NCBI RefSeq assembly: GCF_000181795.1
Contig: NW_003526945.1
Span: 6,226,394 to 6,290,393 of the forward strand
Reading direction: 5' to 3'
DNA length: 64,000 bases
Source: Trichinella spiralis
Taxonomy: Eukaryota
Shown piece by piece: positions 38,501-52,533 of the stretch; the stretch's first letter is position 1; every line of letters begins with the position of its first letter. The position numbers were made by a program, and so were the translations under genes. The notes under the pieces were generated by a model that saw nothing but the letters and a program-made list of their open reading frames with translations, was not told the DNA's origin and did not search any database.

Positions 38501-40268
38501 TTGTTGTTGTCAAAATTGACAAATTTATAAAATTATAAAAATAGTAATATTTTGAAAAACAAGTTTTTTCCATCTCTTTTTCTCTCTCTCTCCATCCATC
38601 TATCTGTCTATCGCTTCATCATCATTTTCTGCAATTTGGATAAACATTTTTCCATTTGGATGTTTACGGTATTGTCGATTTCAATACAAATTGGACATTC
38701 CGTTCGCTCATTTTGATCGCATCTTTGGAAATCTAGAAAATTTTTTTACCGAGATGCAGTTTATTCTAACTCCTATTTTAACTCACTTTCTCCACAATTG
38801 ATCAGCACTGTTGAACGATAGCATTACAACAATACCGTAAGAAATGAAAAGAATGAGCAGGTTGGTCAACGCGTTTGGTGAATGAGGAATGTTTTGTGAA
38901 TTTGCGAATGTTGTGAATATAATTCAATTGAAGAAGAAAAACAAGATGTATTCTGTGCAAAAAGCAAGTAATTGTTTTTTTTCTGTTTCAGTTGTTGGGT
39001 ATATTGCCGGTGTCGTCGACTAGTTGTGGTTTGGTGACGAAATCCGATGCGACTCGCTTGCACAGCTTTTTGCGTATACAGAGTCGGGCGTCGATGCTGG
39101 CCAAGCAGCGCCGGGAAGCGGAACGCGGCGGCATCGACGGCATGTACCACCACCACCACCAGCAACAACAGGACCAGGAACAGTTGGTCCATGGGGAAAA
39201 TTTGAAAAACGGTGGCGCCAAACCCGCCTGGCTGGTGGTCGAACACGAGTGCTTCGGCGGCTGCCGCGGCCGCTACTACGTCCACTTGTACAGTACGCCG
39301 GCGGCCGAGTGCATCGAATGCTGCGACTGCGGCGATTTGCTCAGTCCGGAGACGTTCGTCTCCCACTCGCACCGCAACTACGAACGGTGCGTCTGCCATT
39401 GGGGCTTCGACAGCGCCAACTGGCGGGTCTACATCCATCTTCCGTTCGACCAAGACGATACTTTTTACGTGCATCTTTTGGAACAGTTCAAAGGTCGGTT
39501 TGAAGCCCGTTCGCGTCACCACGACTCGACAACACTCAAGCGTCCACTGACGGTAACTAAAACTGAAACTATTCGATCATTTTTACTCCTTTCTTTCTCT
39601 CTCTTTTTCCAACAATAATCATTCATCTTCATAAAACCATACAACTATTATTATAATTTTTAATATTATTATCATTTTTATATTTCCCACTCCACCGGCG
39701 GGGCTTTTTCCCAACAACTTTCCACATTTTCCATTCTCTCTCTCTCTTCTACTTTTGCTTTTACGGGGTGGGATGAAAAATTTGGGCAAATTTTGTTGTT
39801 TTCAAAAACATGTGACTGATTATTGAATATGATAAAAATAATATAATTCTATTGACGCGCAAAGTCATTTCTCGAAAGTGAAATAGAGCGTTATTTATTT
39901 GATAAAGTTTCATTTTGGACAAGTGGAAAATCTGCAAACCTACTTATTTTATTATTTATAAGAAGATACACGAGCCGTGTAAGTAGTCGAGGGGTTTCCG
40001 AATGGTGGGCGGGTATGGAATAAAAGAGAATACAAGTTTTGATGGTTGATTATCGTTTGTCGATTTTAATAATTTCACGTCGAAATAAAGTGGACTGGTA
40101 ATTATTTTTTCCTTTGATGTCACACGTCGTTGTGTAGTTATTGATAATAATAATAGTAGTGCAAGGACGAGTAATAAATTGGTCGAAAGAAAGATGATGA
40201 GGATCAGATGTGATGTCAGTTGTTGATTTTCTAGTTTTGCCGTGCTGAACGTTTCTGACAGGCATTGC

Positions 40269-40307
<39 letters not shown>

Positions 40308-40464
40308 TATTATAGCTTTTTTTTTCTTTTGCTCTCTTCAGGACGGAACATTGTCCGAAGAACGAGCTAAACGACGACGTTGCGACGCACCGGAAAAGAT
40401 GGCCACTTTCGACAAATGCTCAAATTTGATACACCAGCACCAACAGCATCTTCATCATCATCAA

Positions 40465-40496
<32 letters not shown>

Positions 40497-41394
40497 GCAG
40501 CAGCATCACCAACACCATCACCACCTCCACCATCACCAGCAACAGCAACAGTTACCAATTATTGATCCTGCACTTTGTCACGCTTATGCATCAATGCTGT
40601 ATGCGGAGAGGAATTTGTTGAGAGCTCAGGCAGTTGGTGGACCTCTGGCCACGGCGAGTTTGGCAAAGCCCGAATATGGTGGTGCTCTGGATTTGAGCTC
40701 GGCATCGATATTTCCACAAATTCCCGCTGCACCGTTGGATTTGTCGATTCGTTTCGCGAATAATTGTCCTCTGCCAATTGTCAGGTACGTGTTTGTGTGT
40801 ATGTATGTATATATATATACAGGATATTTTATTATTGTTCGTTTATCTCGTATATATTTGTTTTCACTTTGTGCAGAGATTGTGATGTGCAGTCGACAAG
40901 TTTGGCGAAAAATATTCAAATGGAAAATGACGAACGTATGTTGAAAAGTTTGAGAATGAATCGACCCGAAACGTCCGACTGCACTGGCGTTACCGGTGTC
41001 GAACAATTGCTAAATATGGATGCTAAATGTATGCCAGGACCAACGGCGCAGATGCAAGCCAAACATCCGCTGTTGAACAAAGGGCTTCAATCTACAGGTT
41101 TGTATTTATTTCTATTGTCGAAATATGAAGAGAGAAGAAGATGTTTTTGTTTTATGCTCAGGAAATGAAAGTATTGATGCTTTGCTCAAAAAATATATCA
41201 GCGATCCAGTGGGATTGCAAGAAATTCAATCCAAACTGTTCGAATGTTTCAAAGATGCGGAAATGAAGATGTGTTCGTTGAGTTTGCAGAATCGTGTCTT
41301 GTTGCAAGAGTTGTTGCAGGCGGAAAATCGTCGCCAATTGGTGGCGCAAAATTTGTTACCAATATCCACTTTGTTGACCAAATCCTTCTTCTGA
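35523..41394 (+). CDS. SKI: Ski/SnoN family Smad co-repressor. Exons 35523-36437, 38992-39552, 40342-40784, 40877-41097, 41162-41394
   Basis: N-terminal R-Smad-binding-like motif LLKHYQTVALWNLAGP. Dachshund-homology domain TLFEGESVACFVVGGERRLCFTQLL..EQLDTLK|LLGILPVSSTSCGLVTKSDATRL. SAND-like Smad4-binding domain VEHECFGGCRG..CIECCDC..LSPETFVSHSH..CHWGFDSANWR. Short C-terminal helical region. Splice phases are consistent. Confidence 0.95.
40269..40313. repeat. (TAT)n intronic microsatellite
   Basis: Trinucleotide run just upstream of the acceptor at 40341. Confidence 0.9.
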
Positions 41395-42988
41395 ATTATC
41401 CACCGAATGCGAACTTTTCTCGCCACCTGTGGAGGATTTGATATAATATTTTCTTTTAAAATTCTTCTGCTTCTTCTCAATTCGTCAATTTTAATGCACA
41501 CAAATTTATGTGCTTATTTTTTTTTTACTAAAATTGCATACACGAACACGGGCGCAACTTTTGTGCACGCATGCTATTATGATAACGATTATTCTTACAT
41601 TGCAATATTATTTTACCAGCGTGTCTGAATGTTAAAGCATGCAAATGCACACCGTGCACGTGCATATATATATATATATATCACTTGCACACACCAATCA
41701 CAGCCTCTATATTTAAATTTATTTATTTATTTACCTTTACTTAAAGCGATGTTTGTGCTATGCGAAACACAGAAAATTAGTAGCACACATTTGCATTTCG
41801 AATTGTTCAGGCTTTGGATTTGTCAGTATTATCAGAGAATGAGTGGGATGATCCGAATTAATTTTGACAGTGCAATTTTTTGTTTTTTATTCTCTTCTTC
41901 TCTCAGTGAATGTTGTTTTTATTGTTGAAAAAAAACTGATTCAGTATATACCAACAGCAGAACAGCTTCGGTAGGATGCATGTTCGCATTTTGTTGACGT
42001 CAGCTTTTTCTATTATTGGTACTGCTTACGAAAGGGATGATTTGAAAATATTGATCAGTTGATTTGCGATTGCTATATTTTTATTGTAAATATAATTTGC
42101 TTCGTTTTATAATTTTTATTCAGCATTCCCATACATATATAAATATATATATATATATGTTGGGTGTTGTTTATTGTCAAACACGCCATTCACGTTGCGT
42201 GTAAGGGGTTGGAGAATTCATACGAGAAGAGAAAGATGATTTTGTACTTCTTGTCTTCTTCTTCTTGTTTGTTTTTTCTGAAAACCGGTGTGCCGTTTTG
42301 CTTATATTTCAATTTATTTATTGATTTATTCATTTTTTTGTATATTTCGATTGCTCTTAATATTTTCGGTATTTTGCTTTGTTATTTCTTGTTGCTCATC
42401 ATCATCATCATCATCATCAATTGAGCATTTATTGTTCTTCTTCTCTTTTTTTATCATTATCTATCTCTATAATGCGATTTATTTTTGTTCATTCGGTGAC
42501 TGCTACATGTTTGATGCAGCGAGACCGGTGTGGTTGAACAACTTGAACACTGATGTGTATGAAGTTGGAAGAAACGCGTATGTTGTTATAATTTTCCACT
42601 TGCTTTCCAATCATAATCGTCAGGTGATTAATTCAGTATGATATTTGCTTTTTTTTAATATTAATAATTTTGCATCCGTATCCGAGTTTTCTTTTCTGCC
42701 ATTCGGCATTGGATGTTGTGTATGATGGTCAATCATTTCATCATCATCACTTCTTCAGTTTTGTTTCAATTTTGCAACCGTAGTAGTGAATTTCACAAAA
42801 TTGGGCTTGTTAATTTGAAACATTGTTGTTCACTTGCTTTTTTTTAAAATATTATTTTGCTATTAGTTGTCCAGCTTTTGTATGTGTCTGTGTGCGTGTT
42901 GTTTCTATTCCTCCTGTTTGTACCGGTTGTTTCATCGAGCACCTCTTATTGTGCTTGCTTTCCGGTGATTTGAAACATACATGCATCA

Positions 42989-43022
<34 letters not shown>

Positions 43023-44692
43023 TACGGTTGTTTTGCTGGTTGACAATAAATTATTATCAAAGATATACTTTTTATATTTTGAAAGAAGAAACTTTTGGTT
43101 GTTGTGTAGTAAAGAAATTTCAAATTGCAATGACGAATGAAAAAGAAAATGACATCGTATTCTCTTTTGACGTGGAAACATTAAATTTAACTTTTGAAAA
43201 GTAGTAATTTTGCCATAAGTTGGTGAAAATGAAATATTAATGCTATTTACAATTATCGAATGCGTTTAATTTTGACAAACACAACCTCTGCGTTCCGTCG
43301 ACTAATTGTTTCTGCTGACAAGATAAGCGGCACTTTGGTCAAAATTGATTTTCCCTTCACAAACTATGTAGCCGGCATCTGATTGTTGTTATTAATCATC
43401 ATAAATTTCCGTTCACTTTGATTTCATGAAATTTTATAATAAGCAACACGAGTTTTCCTTTACACAACAGAAATTCAACTTTTGAGCATGCAAAGAAAAT
43501 AAAATTATTTTGTCAAACTTGTTTTAATGATTTTTGACAATTTATGATAAAATGAAATTAATTCAGTATTACTGTAGTAACAATCAGTTTTGTACGTAAC
43601 AGTGCATGATCCAACTTTAAAAATAATTTGTATAATCTAATAAATTAAAAAAAATATTTTTTAAAGTACGTTTATGATTCAAGAAACCCCATTTTTAATA
43701 AAGTTTTTTAAATTGTACATGCATTATTGTAATGTCTTTTTGTTTATATACTGTAATTTTGAAATAATGTATTACTTTTTTAATTTATCGTTTCAGTTTG
43801 ATGTTTACTGTCTGTTATTAAACTTATATTTAAATTTTTCAAAAATAATAAATGTTAACTGACGCATTTTCAAAATGCTCATAGTTTTCTTTAACATACA
43901 CTTCATGTTATACTGTACAATTTTCACCAAGAGACCAAACATTGAACAAACTATTCTGTGTGAAAATTAGAATAGTAACAGTGCATAATGATTTATTGAA
44001 AAAAAATATAGTCGCAATAAAGTTTTATATAATAAATAAGCTTGGTTATGACAGTTTGATGAAACGATGTACAACAAGTACCAGTAGACAATTTGGAGGA
44101 CAAAAAAAAACAGTGAAAATAGCGTGGCAGGAAGAAAAATTGTTATTAAAAGTTGCAAAATATTAATTTTCGCGTTGTCAGATGAAAATGTCGGCACGAG
44201 ATATGTTTTTGTTCATGAACAATTAATTATTGGAAATTTATCATCAGAAAGCATTGAATTTTGAATTATTCAATTGCAAAGAAACATCAGAGTTTATTGC
44301 AGAGATGTTTATTGTGGCGTCGGCGTGGCATAGAAACGAAAACTGTGCATATCAATCAGACTTTAGTGGTCATACAGACGGGCATTAGCACTGCATAAGT
44401 GGTGCAGTTTAAAAAAAATTCCTTTGCAAAACAACAATAATTGAAAAATGGAATTAATTTGCTTGTAACATCATTCTCTTGTCAGCTTTTGAAATACAAA
44501 TATACTGGACACATTGAGCAAAATATAAAGTTATCTGTTCTTTTTTTCAACGTTAAACATTTTCGCACCCAACGTAGTGGATTTCAGATTTGTTTGATTT
44601 TTATTTTCAAACACAATAATACGTATATATAAATGGATATTATTTTTAAAGAAAAAAATTACAAGTCCTTTTTATTACTGTATAAAATAAAG

Positions 44693-45847
44693 TTAAGCTA
44701 CTCGAATGGAATTTTTGATGAACTGCAAATGATTGGATACGGTGCACATGATGCCAACGAAATCTTTCATTTTAATGGGCATCTCCTTTTTCCAACTTTT
44801 CAACGGTGCTGGAAAACTGAATACCGCATACTGTACGTAGCGACTGTGCCTTCTGCAAACCACAGGTCCCCCACTGGGCTGAAACATAGTCGGTGAAAGT
44901 GAGAATAAGAAAAATAAATAAAAAAACAAGCAAGCATAAATAAATAATTGTTAATTTTAATTAAAAAAATTGATTCACAGCTAACCAACATGTAAACTGG
45001 ATCCAATTTTTCACCGCAAATTTGCACATCCGAATTGAACGGAAATGAGACATTTCTTCGACAAAAGTCCGCCGACAAGATGCGCAACATGGTCTGATCA
45101 ATTGCCCCTTTGGGCGGTGTGCTGCCCGACAAGTAGCAGAGAGTTCCGGCCGGAAGCGGCGGTTCATTAGCAGCCGGCAAACATACCGGTGTTAGCTTTG
45201 GATTGTAAAGAAATGGTTTCACAAGTTTAACAACTGCCACGTTGGATTGGTACAAGTCGAGATTCTTCTTGATGGGCAATTTGAATACCGACTTGACAAA
45301 GCCAACTTGTCGATGTGCCTGATAACTGTCCGTCAAATCCTTCGCACCGCCAAATATGTAAACCCTTTCCAAATTACTGTAAAATATCCAAATTTGACAC
45401 TCATCAATCAATTGATAATTCATCAATTTCTTACATTTGTTCAAAGCAAGCCGACCCTGTAAGTATGAAATCACTGCTGTTCGGATTGTTCGACTCGATT
45501 ACACTACCCACGCAAAGATCTCTCAAATAATTGCCATCCAAGTACAAAATGGACACTGCCCATGGAAATGGATTTCTGTACTTTACTCCTGGTTTGACTT
45601 TGGCAACCGTATCCCACTGGTTCAACGTTCCACATTGCACTTTGTCCTTTCCAATCCCTCCGTTCTAACCAATGAATGAATGAATACTTGTTCATCAAAT
45701 ATGCCAAGCAAAGAAAAAGAAAATGGCGGGCTAAATTTTCATTTGCATAAGTAAAATTCTTACGACAACGTAGTTCGTGGTGGCTTTTTTGGCAGATTTG
45801 ACAATTTCAATGAACAAAAAGAAGCAGAATGCACTTTTCAGCGACAT
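44693..45847 (-). CDS. Secreted trypsin-like (S1) serine protease homologue, probably catalytically inactive. Exons 45847-45764, 45664-45435, 45376-44986, 44878-44693
   Basis: Signal peptide MSLKSAFCFFLFIEIVKS. S1 fold motifs FPWAVSI, LCVGSVI, FILTGSACF, SNVAVVKL..P, PVCLP, GTLCYLSG, QICG and SGGPVVC. All three introns are GT-AG and in phase. Confidence 0.88.
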
Positions 45848-47266
45848 CACGACCGACACTCTCAGCGTGTTCGTCGAGCGTACAAACCGACCGGCGCAGG
45901 TTTTAAATTCAGTAATATTTTACATAAATTTGTACACATCCCAAAACTGATTAATTAATGACAAATAAAACACTGTTTAATAGTCTGTAATTTAAATTTA
46001 ACAAAATGATCATTAACAAAATCAATCGTCTGTTTCTTGTAATTAACAGCACTCTTCGTTGTTTAATTTCTACAAACTGAAAGTTTGTTCAGCTTGTTTT
46101 CTTCATGTAAACAAAGTCTGCAGTGTTTGTTGGCAATCAACTTTGTTTTCACAACACAAATGTTAGTGTGTGCGCCTGTGTGTAATTTTCATTTTAATAC
46201 TTTATCACTTCAATATTTCAAATTCAATAATAAGCATTCGATTGGAAATTCAATCGAATTTTAATATAAAAATAAACCAAATTTCAGTTTCAGACGTGTA
46301 ATTTGAAAAAATTATTTCTTCTTTATTTATCATATTTCTTGTAATAATAATTTTTATTAATTGAAAGAAACCAATGATCTGATAAACTTTGCACAGAAAT
46401 TCAACTAACTTACAAAACAATGAAAGTTTAAAAATATTCACCATTTTTCACAATAAACTTGAAATACTAAATCAGCGTTTCGAAAAATGCTAAATTTACA
46501 TGAAGTTAATCGTAGTGAACTAATTCCATTTCAAAAATCCAAATAGTCATTCCATTTGTACCTTTTTGTCACTATACTGCATGTGATAATCGATGATGAT
46601 TTTATTCAAATTTCTTTTTCATTTTTATTCAATCTTTTTATGATTTCATTTATAATTTATGGAAAATGGTAAATTAAAATATTTCTTGTGAGAAATAAAA
46701 AAATTTGCTGTGTGTATGCACATAAAGATTTTCAATTAATATATGCTATGAGGAAATTTAAATCCGTGTTTTTCAACAGGAAAACTGAAATACGCAAAAA
46801 ATAAATCCTTTCGCCACTTTTACCTGATGTCTCACCTAACTGTTGAGCAACCACACAAGCATCTAACAAGCATTCTGTTATTATTATTGAATTTTAATTG
46901 AATAATTTCAATTTTCAAATATTCTTTTATTTTACAAAGACTGTGTTTTAATAGATTTTTAAGGAATGACTCTTGCATTCATTATTACTGTAGATTCTTC
47001 CTATTTTAGATGTAGTTTTAATGAGTTGATGTTGAGTGTTAATCTGTAGGGTTGTATATTTCTTTGAGGCTAATCTATTTATACAAATTTATGAGAAGTC
47101 TAATCACTGCTTGATATTTAACTGCTATCAATACTTTGCGGTGATTTTCAAACATTGTGAAGAGGTTGTTTTATTTATGTAAAATGATACTCTGTTTAAA
47201 ATTGGAATAGACGAATGTTTAAATCGATGCGGCAGTTCTTGTTTTAACGACACTGATTTAGATTAA

Positions 47267-48617
<1,351 letters not shown>

Positions 48618-49441
48618 AAAAGTGATTTATGCGGCCTTGGAAATTGCATTAAAATGTTGCGGCATATATGTGTGTGAAACAGCAGTAAACTTATGCGAAT
48701 GATTTATTGATTATAATTTGTTCATTGCATCAGATTAATCAAATAAAATAATTTTCCCACTTCACTAGCATCTGCAATTCAGTTAAAAATTTGAAAATAC
48801 ATCAATTTATGATTATCTTTTAATATGGGCTAGATCAATGATTTTTACCAATTTTAAATATGTTAGTTGTTAGATATTATTATGGCGTAATGTCATTTGT
48901 ATAATACAAAATATTATCATGAAATATACACTGCCGTCGTCGTCGTCTACAGTCACGTAGAAGACTAAATGAAAGATAAATATTTTCAAGGTAAAAATAG
49001 AATTTTCAAGTTACGAACATATATGCATACATGTTTTCCTTTTACTGTACTACAGTACTGAGTATCAACCAAAACTTATAAATACAGAATACAAACTAAT
49101 ATTATCAAATAAACATCTGGAAAAGAAAAAAATGTAATTTTTTTTCACAAAAATTTCATCTTTAATTGTAATATAATGTAATATTGTACGTTTAAGCAGT
49201 TTTCAGTTTAACTTTTATGAACAGCGTGCAAAATTGTTCAGTTAAACTTTTCCAATGTTGAACACCATCAAATGGTGAAAATTTCTCTAAATGAATAATT
49301 ATTTTCAAACAAAAAATAGAATATTAATTATTAATTATAATTGCAATACTGTAATTTTCAAGATTTAAAGTTTAGTTTTATTTTGGTTCAAACCAGAAAT
49401 TGAATAGAATTTGAAATATTATTTCAGCAACTAGTTGGACA

Positions 49442-50188
49442 ATGAAGGGATCAAATTTGCATTCAGCTAAATTACTCAAGCAGAATTTGCGTAAGAAGCT
49501 CAAGCAGACGCTACAGGGTCTCGGTGAAGAAGAGAAGGCACGGCAAAGTCGAGCAGTTTTCAGAAAAGTTTTAAAAAATTACATTTATTTTAATATGATA
49601 ATGTATTGTTGATTCAGTTTAGTTGTTAAATTTTCCAGTGTACTGTATGAGCAAAAGAATTTCCACTTTTGTTAGCATGCGCAACGAAATTGACACCAAA
49701 CCAATAATTGAACATATTTTCACGTCTGGTAAAGAATGTTTCGTTCCATGTTTTGATAGTGGAAATAATCGAATGGAAATGGTCCGATTGCGTGATATGG
49801 AAGACTTCTTCAACATGCAGGAAACATGCTGGGGAATTAAGCAACCCTGTAATCCTGACGGTCGAGAAAATTGTTTCAATTCTGGTAAATTGTATGGTTT
49901 TCATTTGAAACAAAATTCAATTATATCATCTTTTCCAAAAACTCGAATTTACTATTAATAATTGCAGATGGTTTGGATTTAATAATTGTTCCTGGAGTGG
50001 CGTTTACGGTAGACGGCAAAAGACTCGGTCATGGAAAAGGCTACTATGACAACTATTTATCACGTTACTTTGCAAAATTTTCCCACAGACCACACACCAT
50101 TGGTATAGCTTTTGCTGAGCAAATTGTTTCAGATCTTCCCGTGGAAAGTCATGATCATGTTTTAGAAAAAGTTTTATTTCCTAATTAA
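49442..50188 (+). CDS. MTHFS: 5-formyltetrahydrofolate cyclo-ligase. Exons 49442-49567, 49623-49884, 49968-50188
   Basis: KQNLRKKLK..SKRISTFVSMRNEIDT..GKECFVP..WGIKQP..LDLIIVPGVAF..DGKRLGHGKGYYD..IGIAF.EQIV..LPVESHD. Confidence 0.96.
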
Positions 50189-50327
50189 TGTACAGTAATG
50201 AAATATTTTAACATCCTTGCACCACCTTTCGTATATTATTGCAACTGTTATCAAATAAATGCCAAATAATTCTCTCTACACCATTTATTCATTCATTTTA
50301 TCCCAATTCTAAGCAGCACAAAGTTAA

Positions 50328-51630
50328 TCATTCCATCATTTTAGTGCTTGAAACAACGTCATATTTGATCTGCTTCAAAACTTTCGTTGTTTTCGGTGGA
50401 TAGCGGTAAGCGAGCATTCTCAAAGAAGAAAATATCAATTATTAATAATATATAAATATAAAACAAAGCTAATCATTAATAATTAATTCTTCCAACAAGC
50501 ATACTTTGGTATTGGTTCGCAAAAATCTGGCACATTGCGAGTGTGAATTTCAACAGAGTTCTTCTTCAATATTGCGAAAGTATACGTATTACCAGAATTC
50601 ACATCCGCTGCCATTCCAGCAATCAAAGCACGCTTCAACAAATCCAACGCTTCATCAAGCTAAATAAAGAAATTATTATAAATTTTCACAAGCGAACTAA
50701 ACATTAAAAAGGAGAAAGAAAACATACTGTCATGTTCAATTTAAAATTTGTTTCTAGAACACCGTAAGCAGCCAGGCATCCAGATCCTTAAAAAATAATT
50801 TCAATAAAATCTAATAAAAAAACCTTTCTTCAAATAAACCATCAGCTAGATAGTTGTCCTTGATGGAACTGCCATGTGCGTGAACGGAATACAAAAATGG
50901 ACCGGTGAAGTCAGTACCGGCAATTATCACATATGCGCCAATATATCCCATGTGCCTTAAAAGAGTAACACATTAATAGCATAATTATAATAATAACAAA
51001 TTGAAAAACAATATCAAAAACACAAATTATCAGTTGCTTTACTTAAATAGATGTTGCCTTGCTATTCGCACAGCAGCGACGCCACGAGGCTTACGTTCAG
51101 TTGTTAATTTAAGCAATTCCATATTGGCGGACAACAAATGAGCTAGTTGGTCAAGATCAGCCGCCGTACCGGAGCCGCACATGCTACAAAAACAAACAGA
51201 ATAAAACTTACACTCAAACACATTATCAATGCGAATCATATCAAACATTGCTCATACTAGATGTTTTTAGCAAGTTCGTGCAACTTCATGCAGTATTTGT
51301 CACCAATGATGTTTCCACTAGTAGCTCGAGAATCGGCTCCAATAACTATGCCATCCTTTAAAAGTTTACAACAAATGTGGACACAATACTGAATATGAAT
51401 ATTAAAAACGAACATACATCATAGACGAGGCCAGCGATTGTTGTACCGGTGCTACGACATTGTGGTGGCTTGAATCCCATTTTCAGCAGCGCATCATTAC
51501 TAAAATTATAATTATATGATCAATTCTAATGAAATGCATCAACGTTGACGTTCTGAAGTACAAACCGAAAGCCGTTGTCAAGCACAAACGGGATGCGGAT
51601 ATTTGCAGATGATATAATAGCGTCTTCCAT
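50328..51630 (-). CDS. PSMB7: Proteasome subunit beta-2 (beta type-7 family), about 8 exons
   Basis: A propeptide is followed by RSTG|TTIAGLVY (catalytic Thr1), GIVIGADSRATSG, MKLH (Lys33), CGSGTAADLD, GYIGAY, GPFLYSVHAHGS, GSG and DVNSG. The C-terminal YRYPPKTTKVLK tail is characteristic of beta-2. Confidence 0.93.
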
Positions 51631-52533
51631 ATCAAAACTTGTGATAAATTAGCTGGAAGATATTATCAAACTGTAATGAATGTTTTCTATAAGTAGCACA
51701 GTAAAATACAGTACGATAAATGCTTTGCAAGTTTTACTATTATTTTCTAAATTCAGTTACATCAAAACAGCAATTAAAAGGCAATAATTTAATAATTACA
51801 GTAAATTTAGTAAGCATTTAAGAGATGCGCATCATTTCAAATAGTGAGATATACGGTATTCAAATTATAAAATTACTCATGTTCAACAGCATTTTATTTT
51901 AATTAATGCAATAAAAATAAAAAATAAAATAATAATATGCATTAAATCAAATATCTTATTTTTAAATCAAATTAAGTTTATATTATTAAAGGATGTAAAA
52001 ATTAATATAACAAAAAATTACCACTGCATTGTACTATTTTACGCTTAATAATAATAAAAGCATGAATTTAATCATGTTTGCAGTATTTCAATTTGACAAC
52101 GTTTATATATATACATATATATTTATTTATTTAAATTCAGTTACAACTTCAAGTGATTAAAAAAATTTCTGTACATACTTCGCAATAAAACAGCAACATA
52201 CTGCATTCAGCACATTTTTGAGTATTTCAATTTATTCAAATCGATTATAGCTAACATTACAATAGTATAAAATAAATTGTCCTTTAAAACAAGTACTGAA
52301 TACTGTCTGAAAAGTGAACAGCATTGCAAGCACATATTACATACAAGCATTGCATATTGGTTGATAACAAATCTAACATCTATACCAGCAGAAATTCAGA
52401 TAAACATAATATGTGCAGTCTAAAACTAAATATTAAGAATAAACATTCATAAAATGATAATATGCAAATATAGTTCTGGATGCATGTAGTATATATTTGT
52501 AAAACTCTTCTAAATGCTCATTGAGGTTTTCCA

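Noticed and set aside
38866..39550. Alternative-frame and antisense ORFs over Ski exon 2
   Set aside because: Shadows of a GC-rich coding exon.
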